A stretch of DNA of 64,000 nucleotides from a bacterium. Lineage in GTDB: Bacteria > Patescibacteriota > JABMPQ01 > JBDRIV01. Shown here one piece after another: positions 47,847 to 58,525 of this stretch. How positions within the stretch are numbered: the first letter of the stretch is position 1; every line of letters starts with the position of its first letter. Where the stretch lies: contig JBDRIV010000002.1 in assembly GCA_043815505.1 (NCBI GenBank), forward strand, positions 502,943 through 566,942, given 5' to 3'. Position numbers and translations under genes: made by a program. The notes beneath the pieces are model-generated. The model worked only from the letters and a program-made list of their open reading frames with translations. It was not told where the DNA came from and made no database searches.

Positions 47847-48853
47847 AAATTGTATTTATCTATCCCTTTTTAGTTGATCCTTATGGTGGCGAAAGACATT
47901 TAGCAAAGCTCACCAGTACTTTGGCTGAAATGGGCCATAAAGTTTATGTTGTAACCTTGCGGACCGCTAAACCGGTCAATGACATGATGTCTAAAAAGGT
48001 GGTAATTAAATCTCTTGATTTAAAATTGTCTAAAAATTTGTTTCGCCGAACTTTCAAATCAACCACGGAGGCGAAGGCTTTAGCTAAAAGAGCAGCTCGT
48101 ATTAAAGCCAAATTTTATTGTGGTATGGGTTGGCAAACAACCATTGCTTTAAACAGTTTGAGTAAAGATTTTGGTATTAAAAAATCAAAATTAATTTATT
48201 ATTGTTTAGAACCGCCGCGCTTTCTGCATGATTTAAAAAAAGAACAGAATTCTTTGGTGCGTTTTGTTTCTCCCCTCCTGCGCAATAGAGATTACAAAAA
48301 TGTTAGAAATCTAAAAAATATTATTGCTAATAGTCAATGGACAAAAGATCAAATTAGAAATATTTACAATTTAGATGTCCCAGTTATTGTTCCTGGTATT
48401 GAAAAGAAAAGATTTGATAAATATGATAAAGAAAAGTTAAGGAAAGAACTTGATTTTCCCGAGCGTACTAAAGTTTATATTACCACCTCAAAACTTCATA
48501 AACGTAAAGGAATTGATAAGGCGATTTCATATTTTAGTAGAAACGCTAAAGGTTTAGAACATTTTTATATAATTGGTGATGGTCCAGAAAAGGCAAAATT
48601 AAAAAAATTGGCTAAGCATTCTCGCCTAGCAAATAATATTCATTTCTTAGGCCGACTAAAAGATCGACAAGTAGAAAAATATATTAAAGCTTCAGATATT
48701 TTCATTTTTACTGCCAAAAATGAACCTTATGGAATTGCTCCCCGCGAAGCGGTGTATGCTGGCCTTGAAGTAAAACCCAACAAGGTTTTGGGTCCAATTC
48801 TTTCGTGGGAAGGTTCCACTAAAAAGTTTGTAAAATATTTAGAGTCTTTATGA
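47843..48853 (+). CDS. Glycosyltransferase family 4-like (GT-B)
   Basis: 336 aa. N-terminal MKIVFIYPFLVDPYGGERHLAKLTSTLAEMGHKVYVVT is a GT4 N-domain. C-terminal EPYGIAPREA is a degenerate EX7E. Confidence 0.65.
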   Translation: MKIVFIYPFLVDPYGGERHLAKLTSTLAEMGHKVYVVTLRTAKPVNDMMSKKVVIKSLDLKLSKNLFRRTFKSTTEAKALAKRAARIKAKFYCGMGWQTTIALNSLSKDFGIKKSKLIYYCLEPPRFLHDLKKEQNSLVRFVSPLLRNRDYKNVRNLKNIIANSQWTKDQIRNIYNLDVPVIVPGIEKKRFDKYDKEKLRKELDFPERTKVYITTSKLHKRKGIDKAISYFSRNAKGLEHFYIIGDGPEKAKLKKLAKHSRLANNIHFLGRLKDRQVEKYIKASDIFIFTAKNEPYGIAPREAVYAGLEVKPNKVLGPILSWEGSTKKFVKYLESL

Positions 48854-49980
48854 AAATTGGTTACATTACAGAATCACTAAATGAACCGACTACTGGCATT
48901 GCTAGATATACGCTAGAGTTGCTTAAAGCTATGCAAGCAAATTCTGATAATGAATTTGTTTGTTTGAATTATAAAGAGTTGCCGGAATTAAAAAGTTTTG
49001 AACAACGAGTTATTCCCAATCCTTATAAGTGGCTTTTGAAAACGCATCTATATTACCCCCATATGATAAATAGTAAGAAGTTGTATGATTTAGACGTTAT
49101 TCACAATCCCGCGCAAATTCCGACCTATTTTACGCCTCCTAAGCCCTATGTAATTACCATTCACGATTTATCTCCCCTACTAACTCCAGAAGCTCATAAA
49201 TTTGGCAAACGTTTTATTTATAAAAAACTGTGGCCCAAAACTTTTGCCACTGCCAAAAAGATTATTGCAGTTTCTAAAACCACAGAGAAAACTTTGCACG
49301 AACTTTATCCTAAAACGAAAAACAAAACGGCAGTAGTTTATGAAGCTTTGCCGACTAAGCTGGCAAGTGCGGAACCAGATTCATCTCTAATGCAAAAGGT
49401 TACTTCTAAATATAATTTGCCCGAAAAATATATTTTATCAGTTGGTTCTCTGACTCCGCGGAAAAATTATGAGATGTTAATTCGTGCTTGTGCTAATTTG
49501 TGGCAACAAAATAAATTAGCAGATACCGAATTGATAATTGTTGGTCGCAAAGCTTGGCGCTATCAAAATATTTTTAAACTTATTAAAAGTTTAAATCTGG
49601 AGAAAAAAGTTAGAATTATTGAAACTGTTACTGATGAAGAACTACCAGTTTTTTATCAGCATTCCAGTTTGGCAGTTTTTCCTTCTCTTTTAGAAGGATT
49701 CGGTTTAATAGTCCTTGAAGCGATGAAATTTAGCGCACCAGTTATTGTCAGTAAAAATTCGTCTTTGTCTGAAGTTGCCGGCGACGCAGCCCTAAGTATT
49801 AATCCCTATTCTATTTCCGAATTAGAAGATGCTATTGTTCGCATTTTTGAAAATGAGACCTTACGCCATGATTTGATTGCTAAAGGTTTGACGCGAATTA
49901 ATGATTTCAGCTGGCAAAAAGCAGCCACTGAAACTATGGCAATTTATAAAAATGTCTATGAAAATTCTCCTAGTAAATGA
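48850..49980 (+). CDS. Glycosyltransferase family 4
   Basis: 376 aa. EGFGLIVLEAMKFSAPVIVSKNSSLSEVAGDAA. Confidence 0.8.
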   Translation: MKIGYITESLNEPTTGIARYTLELLKAMQANSDNEFVCLNYKELPELKSFEQRVIPNPYKWLLKTHLYYPHMINSKKLYDLDVIHNPAQIPTYFTPPKPYVITIHDLSPLLTPEAHKFGKRFIYKKLWPKTFATAKKIIAVSKTTEKTLHELYPKTKNKTAVVYEALPTKLASAEPDSSLMQKVTSKYNLPEKYILSVGSLTPRKNYEMLIRACANLWQQNKLADTELIIVGRKAWRYQNIFKLIKSLNLEKKVRIIETVTDEELPVFYQHSSLAVFPSLLEGFGLIVLEAMKFSAPVIVSKNSSLSEVAGDAALSINPYSISELEDAIVRIFENETLRHDLIAKGLTRINDFSWQKAATETMAIYKNVYENSPSK

Positions 49981-51166
49981 TCACGCTTCTGCTCATGGTG
50001 GAGCAGAAACCTATTTTTTTAATCTGGCTAAGTTATTAAAAGATAATGGTCATGAGGTTTTTGGTTTGTCTTTTTCTCCCTCACCGGCTCCAGAAAAAGC
50101 TTTTCCAAATTTAGAAATATTTACAGAAAAGAAAAATAAACTAGCCCGCGATTTAAGAGCTTTTTATTATCCAACCTTAACAAAATATTTTGGCAGTTTT
50201 TTAAACAGACATAATTTTGACGTTTTTCATTTTCAAAACATTAAAAAATATTCTCTTCCGTTGCTTAAAGTAAGGAAACATTTTCCTAATACAAAATTCA
50301 TACAAACAATTCATGATTCTTCATATATTTGTGAAACGGAATGGTTAGTTAAAGATATTGGAACTTTGTGTCCGGCTGGTATTGGAATTAAATGTTTGAA
50401 TAAAAAATGTAAATTGCGCCATCACACCTCTTCTCATTCCTGGTTACGATATAAATATAATGTTTTAGCACATAGTTATATTCGTCGTCGCGCTAAAAAC
50501 AAAATGGATTCCTATATTGTTCCTTCACAGGAATTAAAGCACAAATTGGCTGAACATAGTTTTAAAAATCTCCATCATTTGACCAATTTTATTGATTTAG
50601 ATAATTCAGAAATTGCGCCTCTGCCAGATAAACCAAATATTTTATTTGTGGGCAGAATGGTGAAATCTAAGGGTCCGCAAATCTTATTAAAGGCAATAAA
50701 AACTTTAGCAGAAAATAATTCTGATTTTACAGCCACTTTTGTGGGTTCTGGTCCTATGGAAAAAGAATTACAAGATTATGCCAATAAAAATAACCTTGAT
50801 AATAAAGTTGAGTTTGTTGGAAAAGTTAAGCATTCTGAACTGAACAATTTCTATAAAAATTGTAGTATGGTTGTAATTCCCTCACTGGTTTCAGAAAATC
50901 AACCGCTGGTGGCTTTGGAAGCAATGAATTATGGCCGAGCTATAATTGGTAGTCGCTTGGGAGGATTGCCAGATATAATTTCTGAAAATGAAAACGGCAT
51001 GCTATTTTCTTCCGGTAACGCATTAGAATTATCTCAAAAACTTGCAAACATTTTACCAGCCAGAGAAAAACTTACCACTTGGGGTAAAATTTCTAAAAAT
51101 ATAGTACAAAAAAAGTACTCAACACATGAGCACTTAAAATCTCTGCTAGAATTTTACAAATCCTAA
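49958..51166 (+). CDS. Glycosyltransferase family 4
   Basis: Start moved to ATG 49958 (MKILLVNDHASAHGGAETYF), the typical GT4 N-terminus; it overlaps the upstream gene by 23 nt. C-terminal ENQPLVALEAMNYGRAIIGSRLGGLPDII. Confidence 0.8.
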   Translation: MKILLVNDHASAHGGAETYFFNLAKLLKDNGHEVFGLSFSPSPAPEKAFPNLEIFTEKKNKLARDLRAFYYPTLTKYFGSFLNRHNFDVFHFQNIKKYSLPLLKVRKHFPNTKFIQTIHDSSYICETEWLVKDIGTLCPAGIGIKCLNKKCKLRHHTSSHSWLRYKYNVLAHSYIRRRAKNKMDSYIVPSQELKHKLAEHSFKNLHHLTNFIDLDNSEIAPLPDKPNILFVGRMVKSKGPQILLKAIKTLAENNSDFTATFVGSGPMEKELQDYANKNNLDNKVEFVGKVKHSELNNFYKNCSMVVIPSLVSENQPLVALEAMNYGRAIIGSRLGGLPDIISENENGMLFSSGNALELSQKLANILPAREKLTTWGKISKNIVQKKYSTHEHLKSLLEFYKS

Positions 51167-51203
51167 ATTGCTAATCAATTAAGGTTAGCAAGACCCTATT
51201 TTT

Positions 51204-54170
51204 TTATTCCAAATTTGCGCCAATATTATCTAGCAAAACTTCACAATTTTTTTCATCTGAATTCCAGGTGATTTCAATATGAGAAAGTTTTTCGCTTGGA
51301 GCTGGCAGTTGCAAATAATATGGTTGCCAATCTTTGTTAATAGAAAATTCTCCGAGTGTATTTTTCTCTTCTTCTGATCTTGAAACACTGCCTGCAAGCA
51401 ATATATCATCGCTACAGCTCGTTTTAGCGTCAAAATAGACGTTTATCGGGTTATTTGCCACCTCATCCTGATAAACCGATATAATCGCATTTTTTCTAAT
51501 ACTACGGGTGGTTTCGTGTGTTATGGGGTCTGTATACATATCTTTGAATCCTGATCTCATTAGAAGTTTAGGAAAAGCACTGTTATAAGGTTCATCTTTT
51601 CCGACTCGGTAAGCTACATAACCATCTTGATTGTAAATTGTGTCAGCGCGAAATGATCTCTGTGATGTGTATTCGTGAAAATCTGAAACACCCATAAAAT
51701 TGTCAGCATCAATTACCACATAACCAATATTAAATTTTGCCAAACTTTCTTCTGCCCAATCATCATAGTAAGCACGGTCATAAATATTATACATTTCGTG
51801 AGCAACGTTCCAATTTATTTCCGAGCGAATAATTGGTTGAAAAGATGCAAAATCGGAGAGGGTTGAATATTTTCTACCTAGAAATATTTCATTTAGACTT
51901 TCAATATTTTTTATTATTATATCGTCTCTTTCAATAATATTTGCATCTAATTCTCTATTCTCTGTTGGTGTTTGCAGAATGTTTTGATTAGCAAAAGAAT
52001 TAATATTATTATAGACTTTTGGTATTTCTACTTCATCAACTTCTTGATAATTCATTTTTATTACTTCTATGTCTTTATTTTTCATAGTTGCACCTTGACT
52101 GTTCGTAATTTCAATTTTTAATGAATGTATTCCCGGTTCAATATTATTTATTAGAAATGATTTTCCTAATATGCCCTCAAAAATTGTATATTCTTCAATA
52201 ATTTCATCATCAAAAATGATTCGCAAAAGACTATTTTCAGAATTTTCTCCGCTATCAAAAACCATATTTATTTGAGTATTTATATTATCGTCTTTGGTAT
52301 TTTCAATTATCCAATTCTCTTCACTTGATACAAATTTAGTAACTCTTACCAATTGCTTTAAATCATCATATCTTAACTTTTTCTTTTCAATAAAACCATT
52401 TTCATAAATTAATAAATTTGGTTGGTCTATATTTTTACTTATTTCTGTAGAAAAAGCCACCACCGATGCATCTCTATAAACTTCATCTAATTCCATTTCA
52501 TTTCTGAGAAATTCAATAGTTCTGTTAAATTCATATAATGAGAACTTTATTTTATCTCTTTCAATCGCTTTTCTATCAATGACAATGTATTTAATATTGT
52601 TTTTTTCAAAATAGTGATGAGCTGTGTTTTTATAATCATGTTCTAAATAACTAAATTGAGATTGTGGCAATTGGTATAGTAATTTATTTAGAATTGGATC
52701 GCTCTTTTCCTCTAAAAATGAATTTGGTTTTTGCCTAGCAAAATCCATTCCCCCAAAAACTTTTTTATTATGCAAAGAATTAAAGTATTTTGATTCTGTT
52801 GCGGCCACATAACTGGTTGAATCTGGTATATGAACAATGGCATAATCTTCGGTATCTTGTTGCATTTTTACATAAAATGGCGAGGGGACAGTAAAAGAAG
52901 TTCTGGGAACTGCCCAAAAATCTAAAATAAGCAAACCAGTAATGGCCACAAAAATAATCTTTTTTGTACTTTCCTTTTTAAATTTTAAACTAATTATTCC
53001 ATATCCAACTAACATAGAAAAAGCTAACATAGCAAAAGGAAACATTCTCGCTACTGATCTAATATTATCTACAAATGGTAAATACTCATATAATAAAATA
53101 TATGGCATGGGAATTATTGGTTTTACTAAACCATAAAAATGTAAAAATGGTCCTAGGGAAAGAATAAAAAATACTGAAAATATAGAAAACCATAATTTCA
53201 TTTTTTTATCATGCCATTTTTTGGAAATTCCAAATATGGCAATTATTAAGGCTATAATTCCCAAATAAGTTGTATTCTCTCCCCTGCCTCCGGTAAATTT
53301 GTCCCGAACATTATCATCAAAATATTCTCCCCAAAATGGATTTAAACTTGGTGGAGTAATAACTCCTAAGGTATCAGCTGAATAATATATTGCTTCATTT
53401 AAATTTGGTTGTAAATAGTTATTATCTGAGTAGTTGATTTTTAAGTAAGGTTTGTATTTATATACTAATATTGAAACTCCAATAAGCAAAACAACTATTA
53501 CATATGTCCAAAACTTTTTGTTTTGTAATATTTTCTTATCTGTAATTATTTTCCAAATTAAAATTACTGCTGTTAATATTATTGTCCAATAAGCGAAATG
53601 TAATTCACTATTAACTATAAATAAGAAAGTTATTAAGATAGCGAGAGCATATTTAAACTTTAGGCTATTTAGAAATAAAAGAAGAAACAAAACATAAAAA
53701 GGTATAAATTCAATATGCGTTGCTCCCCCAAATCCCATTGCGTAAGCAAAATGAACTGGCGCAAATCCATAAACCAAACCCGCAATAAAAGATGCTAATT
53801 TCTTTTTAGATAAATAGTAAAATAGTAAATAGGCGCCAATGGCTGCTAAGGGAAAAGAAATTAACCAAATTACATTAAATGCCAAAGTAACATTACCAGT
53901 TAACGCTTTAATAAAATATGAATAGGTTGTTAAACTAAAATATCTATCAGGATTTGCAAAGTAGGTAAATTTTTCAAAACCTGTTTTAGATTCAATGCGT
54001 TTTTCCAAAACATTTGTTCTAGCCAAAACCGAATATGCATCATCCTCTCCGGGAATTTCTGTAGTTATTTTTGTGACTAATGGATAAGCCATTACTATTA
54101 TCAAAATACAGTAGATGGCTACTGCTATGAAAAATCCTTTATTTTTTAGAACTTTTTTTAAATCAATCAC
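51204..54170 (-). CDS. Very large polytopic membrane protein with C-terminal extracytoplasmic domain (GT-C-fold / YfhO-like)
   Basis: 988 aa. About 13 N-terminal TM helices with an early extracytoplasmic loop (EIPGEDDAYSVLARTN) resembling the DxD-like loop of GT-C enzymes. About 550-aa soluble C-terminal domain. Family call is tentative. Confidence 0.4.
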   Translation of the reverse strand: MIDLKKVLKNKGFFIAVAIYCILIIVMAYPLVTKITTEIPGEDDAYSVLARTNVLEKRIESKTGFEKFTYFANPDRYFSLTTYSYFIKALTGNVTLAFNVIWLISFPLAAIGAYLLFYYLSKKKLASFIAGLVYGFAPVHFAYAMGFGGATHIEFIPFYVLFLLLFLNSLKFKYALAILITFLFIVNSELHFAYWTIILTAVILIWKIITDKKILQNKKFWTYVIVVLLIGVSILVYKYKPYLKINYSDNNYLQPNLNEAIYYSADTLGVITPPSLNPFWGEYFDDNVRDKFTGGRGENTTYLGIIALIIAIFGISKKWHDKKMKLWFSIFSVFFILSLGPFLHFYGLVKPIIPMPYILLYEYLPFVDNIRSVARMFPFAMLAFSMLVGYGIISLKFKKESTKKIIFVAITGLLILDFWAVPRTSFTVPSPFYVKMQQDTEDYAIVHIPDSTSYVAATESKYFNSLHNKKVFGGMDFARQKPNSFLEEKSDPILNKLLYQLPQSQFSYLEHDYKNTAHHYFEKNNIKYIVIDRKAIERDKIKFSLYEFNRTIEFLRNEMELDEVYRDASVVAFSTEISKNIDQPNLLIYENGFIEKKKLRYDDLKQLVRVTKFVSSEENWIIENTKDDNINTQINMVFDSGENSENSLLRIIFDDEIIEEYTIFEGILGKSFLINNIEPGIHSLKIEITNSQGATMKNKDIEVIKMNYQEVDEVEIPKVYNNINSFANQNILQTPTENRELDANIIERDDIIIKNIESLNEIFLGRKYSTLSDFASFQPIIRSEINWNVAHEMYNIYDRAYYDDWAEESLAKFNIGYVVIDADNFMGVSDFHEYTSQRSFRADTIYNQDGYVAYRVGKDEPYNSAFPKLLMRSGFKDMYTDPITHETTRSIRKNAIISVYQDEVANNPINVYFDAKTSCSDDILLAGSVSRSEEEKNTLGEFSINKDWQPYYLQLPAPSEKLSHIEITWNSDEKNCEVLLDNIGANLE

Positions 54171-54179
54171 ATAATTATT

Positions 54180-54857
54180 TTACTTTTTACAATTACCCCA
54201 AAAATTTGGATATAAATATAATGGTAATTTACTTGCTAATTTGAGAAAGAAAACTCCGATTGATCCAAATCTATCTCTGACTTTATTTTTATTGTGTTTC
54301 GTAATAATATTATACTTTTCAATAATAACATTATTAAACTTTGCTTCTTTTAAAAGTTTTTTTAAGCTGAAATAATTTTGTAAAGAACAATGCCATTTTT
54401 TATACTTTGTAAAACTTTTTGTCGCAATTATTGACCATGGTACATTTATAAATTTATTTGGTGTTTGAAATATAAAAATACCACCTGGCTTTAAAATTCT
54501 ATAAACTTGGTCTGATATAAATCTATTTATATTTGGAATATGTTCAATAACATCAAACATTAATATTACATCAAAGGAATTGTCATCAAAAGGAATTTCA
54601 TTTCCTTTATAATGCATTAGTCTTTCACTAATACTATTATATTTTATTTTACCTTCGGATATTGTTTTTATATTCTTGTCTATTCCATAAATATCATTAT
54701 AGCCTTTTCTGTATAAATTATATAATAAACTTCCATATCGGCAACCAATATCAATTATTTTATTTTTATTATGAATGTTTAAAGATTCAATATATTTTAA
54801 GGAAGAATAAATATTACCATGTTCATTGCGAAATAAATTTTTACTTCCTTTTTCCAT
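54180..54857 (-). CDS. Class I SAM-dependent methyltransferase
   Basis: Motif I IIDIGCRYGSLLYNL, post-I DIYGIDKN, motif II FDVILMFDVIEHIP, motif III LKPGGIFIFQTP. Start placed at the internal Met (MEKGSKNL) because the longer 54968 start adds a non-conserved hydrophobic leader. Confidence 0.75.
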   Translation of the reverse strand: MEKGSKNLFRNEHGNIYSSLKYIESLNIHNKNKIIDIGCRYGSLLYNLYRKGYNDIYGIDKNIKTISEGKIKYNSISERLMHYKGNEIPFDDNSFDVILMFDVIEHIPNINRFISDQVYRILKPGGIFIFQTPNKFINVPWSIIATKSFTKYKKWHCSLQNYFSLKKLLKEAKFNNVIIEKYNIITKHNKNKVRDRFGSIGVFFLKLASKLPLYLYPNFWGNCKK

Positions 54858-54968
54858 AGAAATTAAAACTTTAATTTTAAATAAGCCATAATAATGACTT
54901 CCTGTGCTTAAATTATAACAAAATATAACGATATAGACAATATTTCTTGATAGTTTATAATTAATCAT

Positions 54969-57254
54969 ATGACTTTAATGTCCTATTTATTTATGTGTTT
55001 TACAAACAACCATAAAATTATTAGTTTATGCAAGAGCTTAACAAATAAACTTAGCTGGGTTTTTATTTCAATTTTGATTATTCAGTTTGTTCTTGATTCT
55101 TTTAATCTTATTAGCTTGAAGCTAAATGAGGATCCAATTTTAATATTTCTAATTTTAATAGATCTTATAATTGTAAATAGATTAACTTCAAAGAAGGGTC
55201 TTCAACATAAGAAGTTTTGGTTTTGGATGTTAATTACTTTATTTATTTTTAATATAATTTGGTCATTTGGTCTGAGTGAATTTAAATCTTATAATATATA
55301 TAAATTTAATATCACATTAAACTATTTATTAATACTTATAGGCTTATCTTTTCTAAAAACGTCACATAAATATATACAGAATATTATAATATTTATAAAG
55401 AAAACTTCCACCAAGGTTGATACCGAACTACAAAATAATGATAAAAAATCCTCAACAAAATCAAAAGCTCTAACTATAGTTATCGTTTTACTATTACTTA
55501 GTTTATTCGTTTTTCTTAAGCTACCCTACATAAATAGCACCATAGATCACACCTCTCCTAACTATGATAAGTTTAAAACATATCTACCAGTTTTAATAAA
55601 TTCATATCAGGAAAACAATTTGTTTTCCAGTAATAACTATTTTTACAAAAATCTTGATTCTCCTAGAATTAAAATCCCAACACCTTATCAGGACTTTCCT
55701 TTCTACTCTTGGACCCTTTATCCATTTATGTTTTTAACAGAAACAATTTCCTTTCTTTTAATTGTTAAGGTTTTTTTAATTGTAATTGATGTATTAATTC
55801 TTTTTGGATTCTATCTAATCCTTCGTAAACTGTTTGCAACCAAGGTGGCATTTACTGGTTTACTACTTCTGGCAATAAACAGTTTTTTACATAATTATTT
55901 CTTTGTTACCGTAATGGATAAACCCGGACTCTTATTTTTTGTATATTCAGTTGTTTTATATCTTTACAAAAAAAATAATCTCTCTTATACACTCTCTGGT
56001 TTATCTATACTAAACAGAATATCGTTTGCACCAATAGTATTTGGCTTCTATGTTTTTGGCATTATGATAAAAAAAGATCGTATTTCAAACAAAACTGTAG
56101 AAGTTATTAAAATGTTTATTCTTTCTTTATTACCATATATATTATTTCAATCTTTTACTAAATATATACCTCAATATGAATCTCCATATAATTTTCTTAT
56201 TCTGATTGGCACTGTCCTTTTCTATATACTTATTTATTTCTTATTAAAAAATAAAACGATTGATGTTAAAATTATTAAAAATAAACTGTTCTTAATACCC
56301 GCATTTTTATTTGGTGTTTTAGTATCATATGTAATATGCAGTAAATTCAATCTGTTAAATAATAATTTTATAACAGATTTATCTATTCTTTTTAAACCTA
56401 ATATTTATTATCTGATAATAAGACAATTAGAGAACTTCTTTCCAATCTGGATCTGGTCAATAGTAATATTTGGAATAGTTCTTAGTTTCAATTCTCGTAA
56501 ATTTATTAAAACAATTCCTTTGTTTCTAATTGGATCATTATTATATTTAGTAATAGGTTCTAAGGCTATCTTTTTTCACAATTACTACAGACATATATTT
56601 GTAGTTGTTATTATATTACTCATTTGCACCTTTCTATCATATATTTCCCATATTTCAAAAAAAAGAATAATTAGTAATACAATATACATTATTCTTGTTT
56701 TATTTATATCTATAAGTACATTCACTATTTCTCATAATAGAGCTACCGATTTAGCTGAAGGCAATAACATATTAGATTATGAGTCATCAATTCAATTTAT
56801 AAAGGATAATATAAAAATAAATGAATACACTTTAACACCAAATTCTAGATTAAGAAACGGCTTAATATTATTATCTTTTAGATCACCTGCGAGTTTTTCT
56901 AAAAATATTATAGAAGAAATTAGTAATAATGGTTTTTGTCAAACCATGACAAAATATAATGTTAAATATTATATTTCTGATAATGAATCAGATTTTAGTG
57001 ATTTATTATATTTGTTTGAGTCATTTAATTATGATACCGTTTCTAGATCAGAACAAATTCTATACAGAATTAGCGATAGTGCGTTAAATAAATACCCTTC
57101 AAATAAACTTGTTGATGTTAGAAGTGATCTCAAATCTACAAGTAATGAAATTGATACAAGTTTTTTACTTGATACATATAATCCTTCTCAATATTACAGT
57201 CTAAATCATAGCCAAAATGAATTTTATTTCTACACTCTAAATAGTTGTAATTAG
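54969..57254 (+). CDS. Very large polytopic membrane protein (O-antigen polymerase / GT-C-like), extremely AT-rich
   Basis: 761 aa with at least 16 predicted TM helices and a soluble C-terminal ~170 aa. Strongly Ile/Leu/Phe/Asn/Lys-biased. Divergently arranged with the 54180 methyltransferase. Confidence 0.35.
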   Translation: MTLMSYLFMCFTNNHKIISLCKSLTNKLSWVFISILIIQFVLDSFNLISLKLNEDPILIFLILIDLIIVNRLTSKKGLQHKKFWFWMLITLFIFNIIWSFGLSEFKSYNIYKFNITLNYLLILIGLSFLKTSHKYIQNIIIFIKKTSTKVDTELQNNDKKSSTKSKALTIVIVLLLLSLFVFLKLPYINSTIDHTSPNYDKFKTYLPVLINSYQENNLFSSNNYFYKNLDSPRIKIPTPYQDFPFYSWTLYPFMFLTETISFLLIVKVFLIVIDVLILFGFYLILRKLFATKVAFTGLLLLAINSFLHNYFFVTVMDKPGLLFFVYSVVLYLYKKNNLSYTLSGLSILNRISFAPIVFGFYVFGIMIKKDRISNKTVEVIKMFILSLLPYILFQSFTKYIPQYESPYNFLILIGTVLFYILIYFLLKNKTIDVKIIKNKLFLIPAFLFGVLVSYVICSKFNLLNNNFITDLSILFKPNIYYLIIRQLENFFPIWIWSIVIFGIVLSFNSRKFIKTIPLFLIGSLLYLVIGSKAIFFHNYYRHIFVVVIILLICTFLSYISHISKKRIISNTIYIILVLFISISTFTISHNRATDLAEGNNILDYESSIQFIKDNIKINEYTLTPNSRLRNGLILLSFRSPASFSKNIIEEISNNGFCQTMTKYNVKYYISDNESDFSDLLYLFESFNYDTVSRSEQILYRISDSALNKYPSNKLVDVRSDLKSTSNEIDTSFLLDTYNPSQYYSLNHSQNEFYFYTLNSCN

Positions 57255-58525
57255 TAATATTTATTATTCTCATAAATAACCTTTTGGTAAAGCTCCTTAA
57301 ATTTTTCAACTTGTATCTCAGATTTATATACCTCTAGAGATTTTCTTCTGGCACTTCGTCCAAGTATATTGTTTCTTTCCTTATTTTCAATTATCCATTT
57401 AATCCCCTCAGTCAAATCATGAACGTCTTTATAAAATGCAAGATAGCCATTATTTTTGTGATCAATAATATCTTTTATTCCACTTGTCGAAAAAGATACT
57501 GCCGGTGTTCCACAAGCAAATGACTCTAGCAATGTATTGGGCAAATTATCTTGTAATGCTGGAAGAACAAAAACATTGGCGGCATTATAAGCATCAATAA
57601 TCTTATTTTTATCGTTTATTTTGCCTAGTAGAATTGTTTCAAATGGTAAATTATTTAAATCAATATTATTAGCATTACCAAATATTAATATACTTATTTT
57701 ATTATCATTAATATTCTTATCTTCTTTCAATATTGATAGAGCATTTATTAAGTATTTAAATCCCTTCCTTTTTTCACTTACTTTTGCTGCTCCAAATAAT
57801 ATAACAAATTTATTCTTAGCTAATCCTAAATTATTTCTAGCCTTATTTTTGTCACGAGGTTGATAAATATTGGTATCTATCCCGTTTGGTATTAATGACA
57901 CATTATTATCTCTAAAAATATAGCTTTCTTCAACACATTTCTTCATCCATTTTGATAAAACAACAATATGTATTTTTAAATCTTTAAATCCTTCTATTTT
58001 CTTATTAAAACTCTTAAATGATAAATCTCTTTCTGTGTTTGATGCCAATTTCGGGCAATTGCCACAATTACTTTTATATTTAGTGCAATTACCGGAATAA
58101 TGACAACCACCTGTAAAGGGCCACATATCATGTAAAGTCCACACAATTGGTTTTTTTAATTGATTAAGACTAGTTATATCCTTAACAGACAAAAAACCAT
58201 TGTTAATCCAATGTAAATGAATAATATCAGGATTAATCTTCCTTATTTTTATCGTTGTATTGCTCGATAACCTAGATACACTAAATAGTCCACTTTCACG
58301 TTCTTTGTACAAATAAAGTGGGGCATTATCTATAATATTATGAATCTTCGTATAACTTCTTGAAAAAAGACTATTTGGACCAATGACGTTTGGATCCTTA
58401 CTAAGTTTTCGTTGCACTAATATTTTTGACTCAACACCACTGTTTATTAATCCCTCATGAAGCCTGCGAGTTGCAATTGCCGCCCCACCACCAGAATCAG
58501 TTGTGTTAAGTAATAAGACCTTCAT
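57251..58525 (-). CDS. Glycosyltransferase family 4 (WcaC-like)
   Basis: 424 aa. N-terminus MKVLLLNTTDSGGGAAIATRRLHEGL... and the C-terminal GT-B Rossmann domain. Confidence 0.7.
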   Translation of the reverse strand: MKVLLLNTTDSGGGAAIATRRLHEGLINSGVESKILVQRKLSKDPNVIGPNSLFSRSYTKIHNIIDNAPLYLYKERESGLFSVSRLSSNTTIKIRKINPDIIHLHWINNGFLSVKDITSLNQLKKPIVWTLHDMWPFTGGCHYSGNCTKYKSNCGNCPKLASNTERDLSFKSFNKKIEGFKDLKIHIVVLSKWMKKCVEESYIFRDNNVSLIPNGIDTNIYQPRDKNKARNNLGLAKNKFVILFGAAKVSEKRKGFKYLINALSILKEDKNINDNKISILIFGNANNIDLNNLPFETILLGKINDKNKIIDAYNAANVFVLPALQDNLPNTLLESFACGTPAVSFSTSGIKDIIDHKNNGYLAFYKDVHDLTEGIKWIIENKERNNILGRSARRKSLEVYKSEIQVEKFKELYQKVIYENNKYY

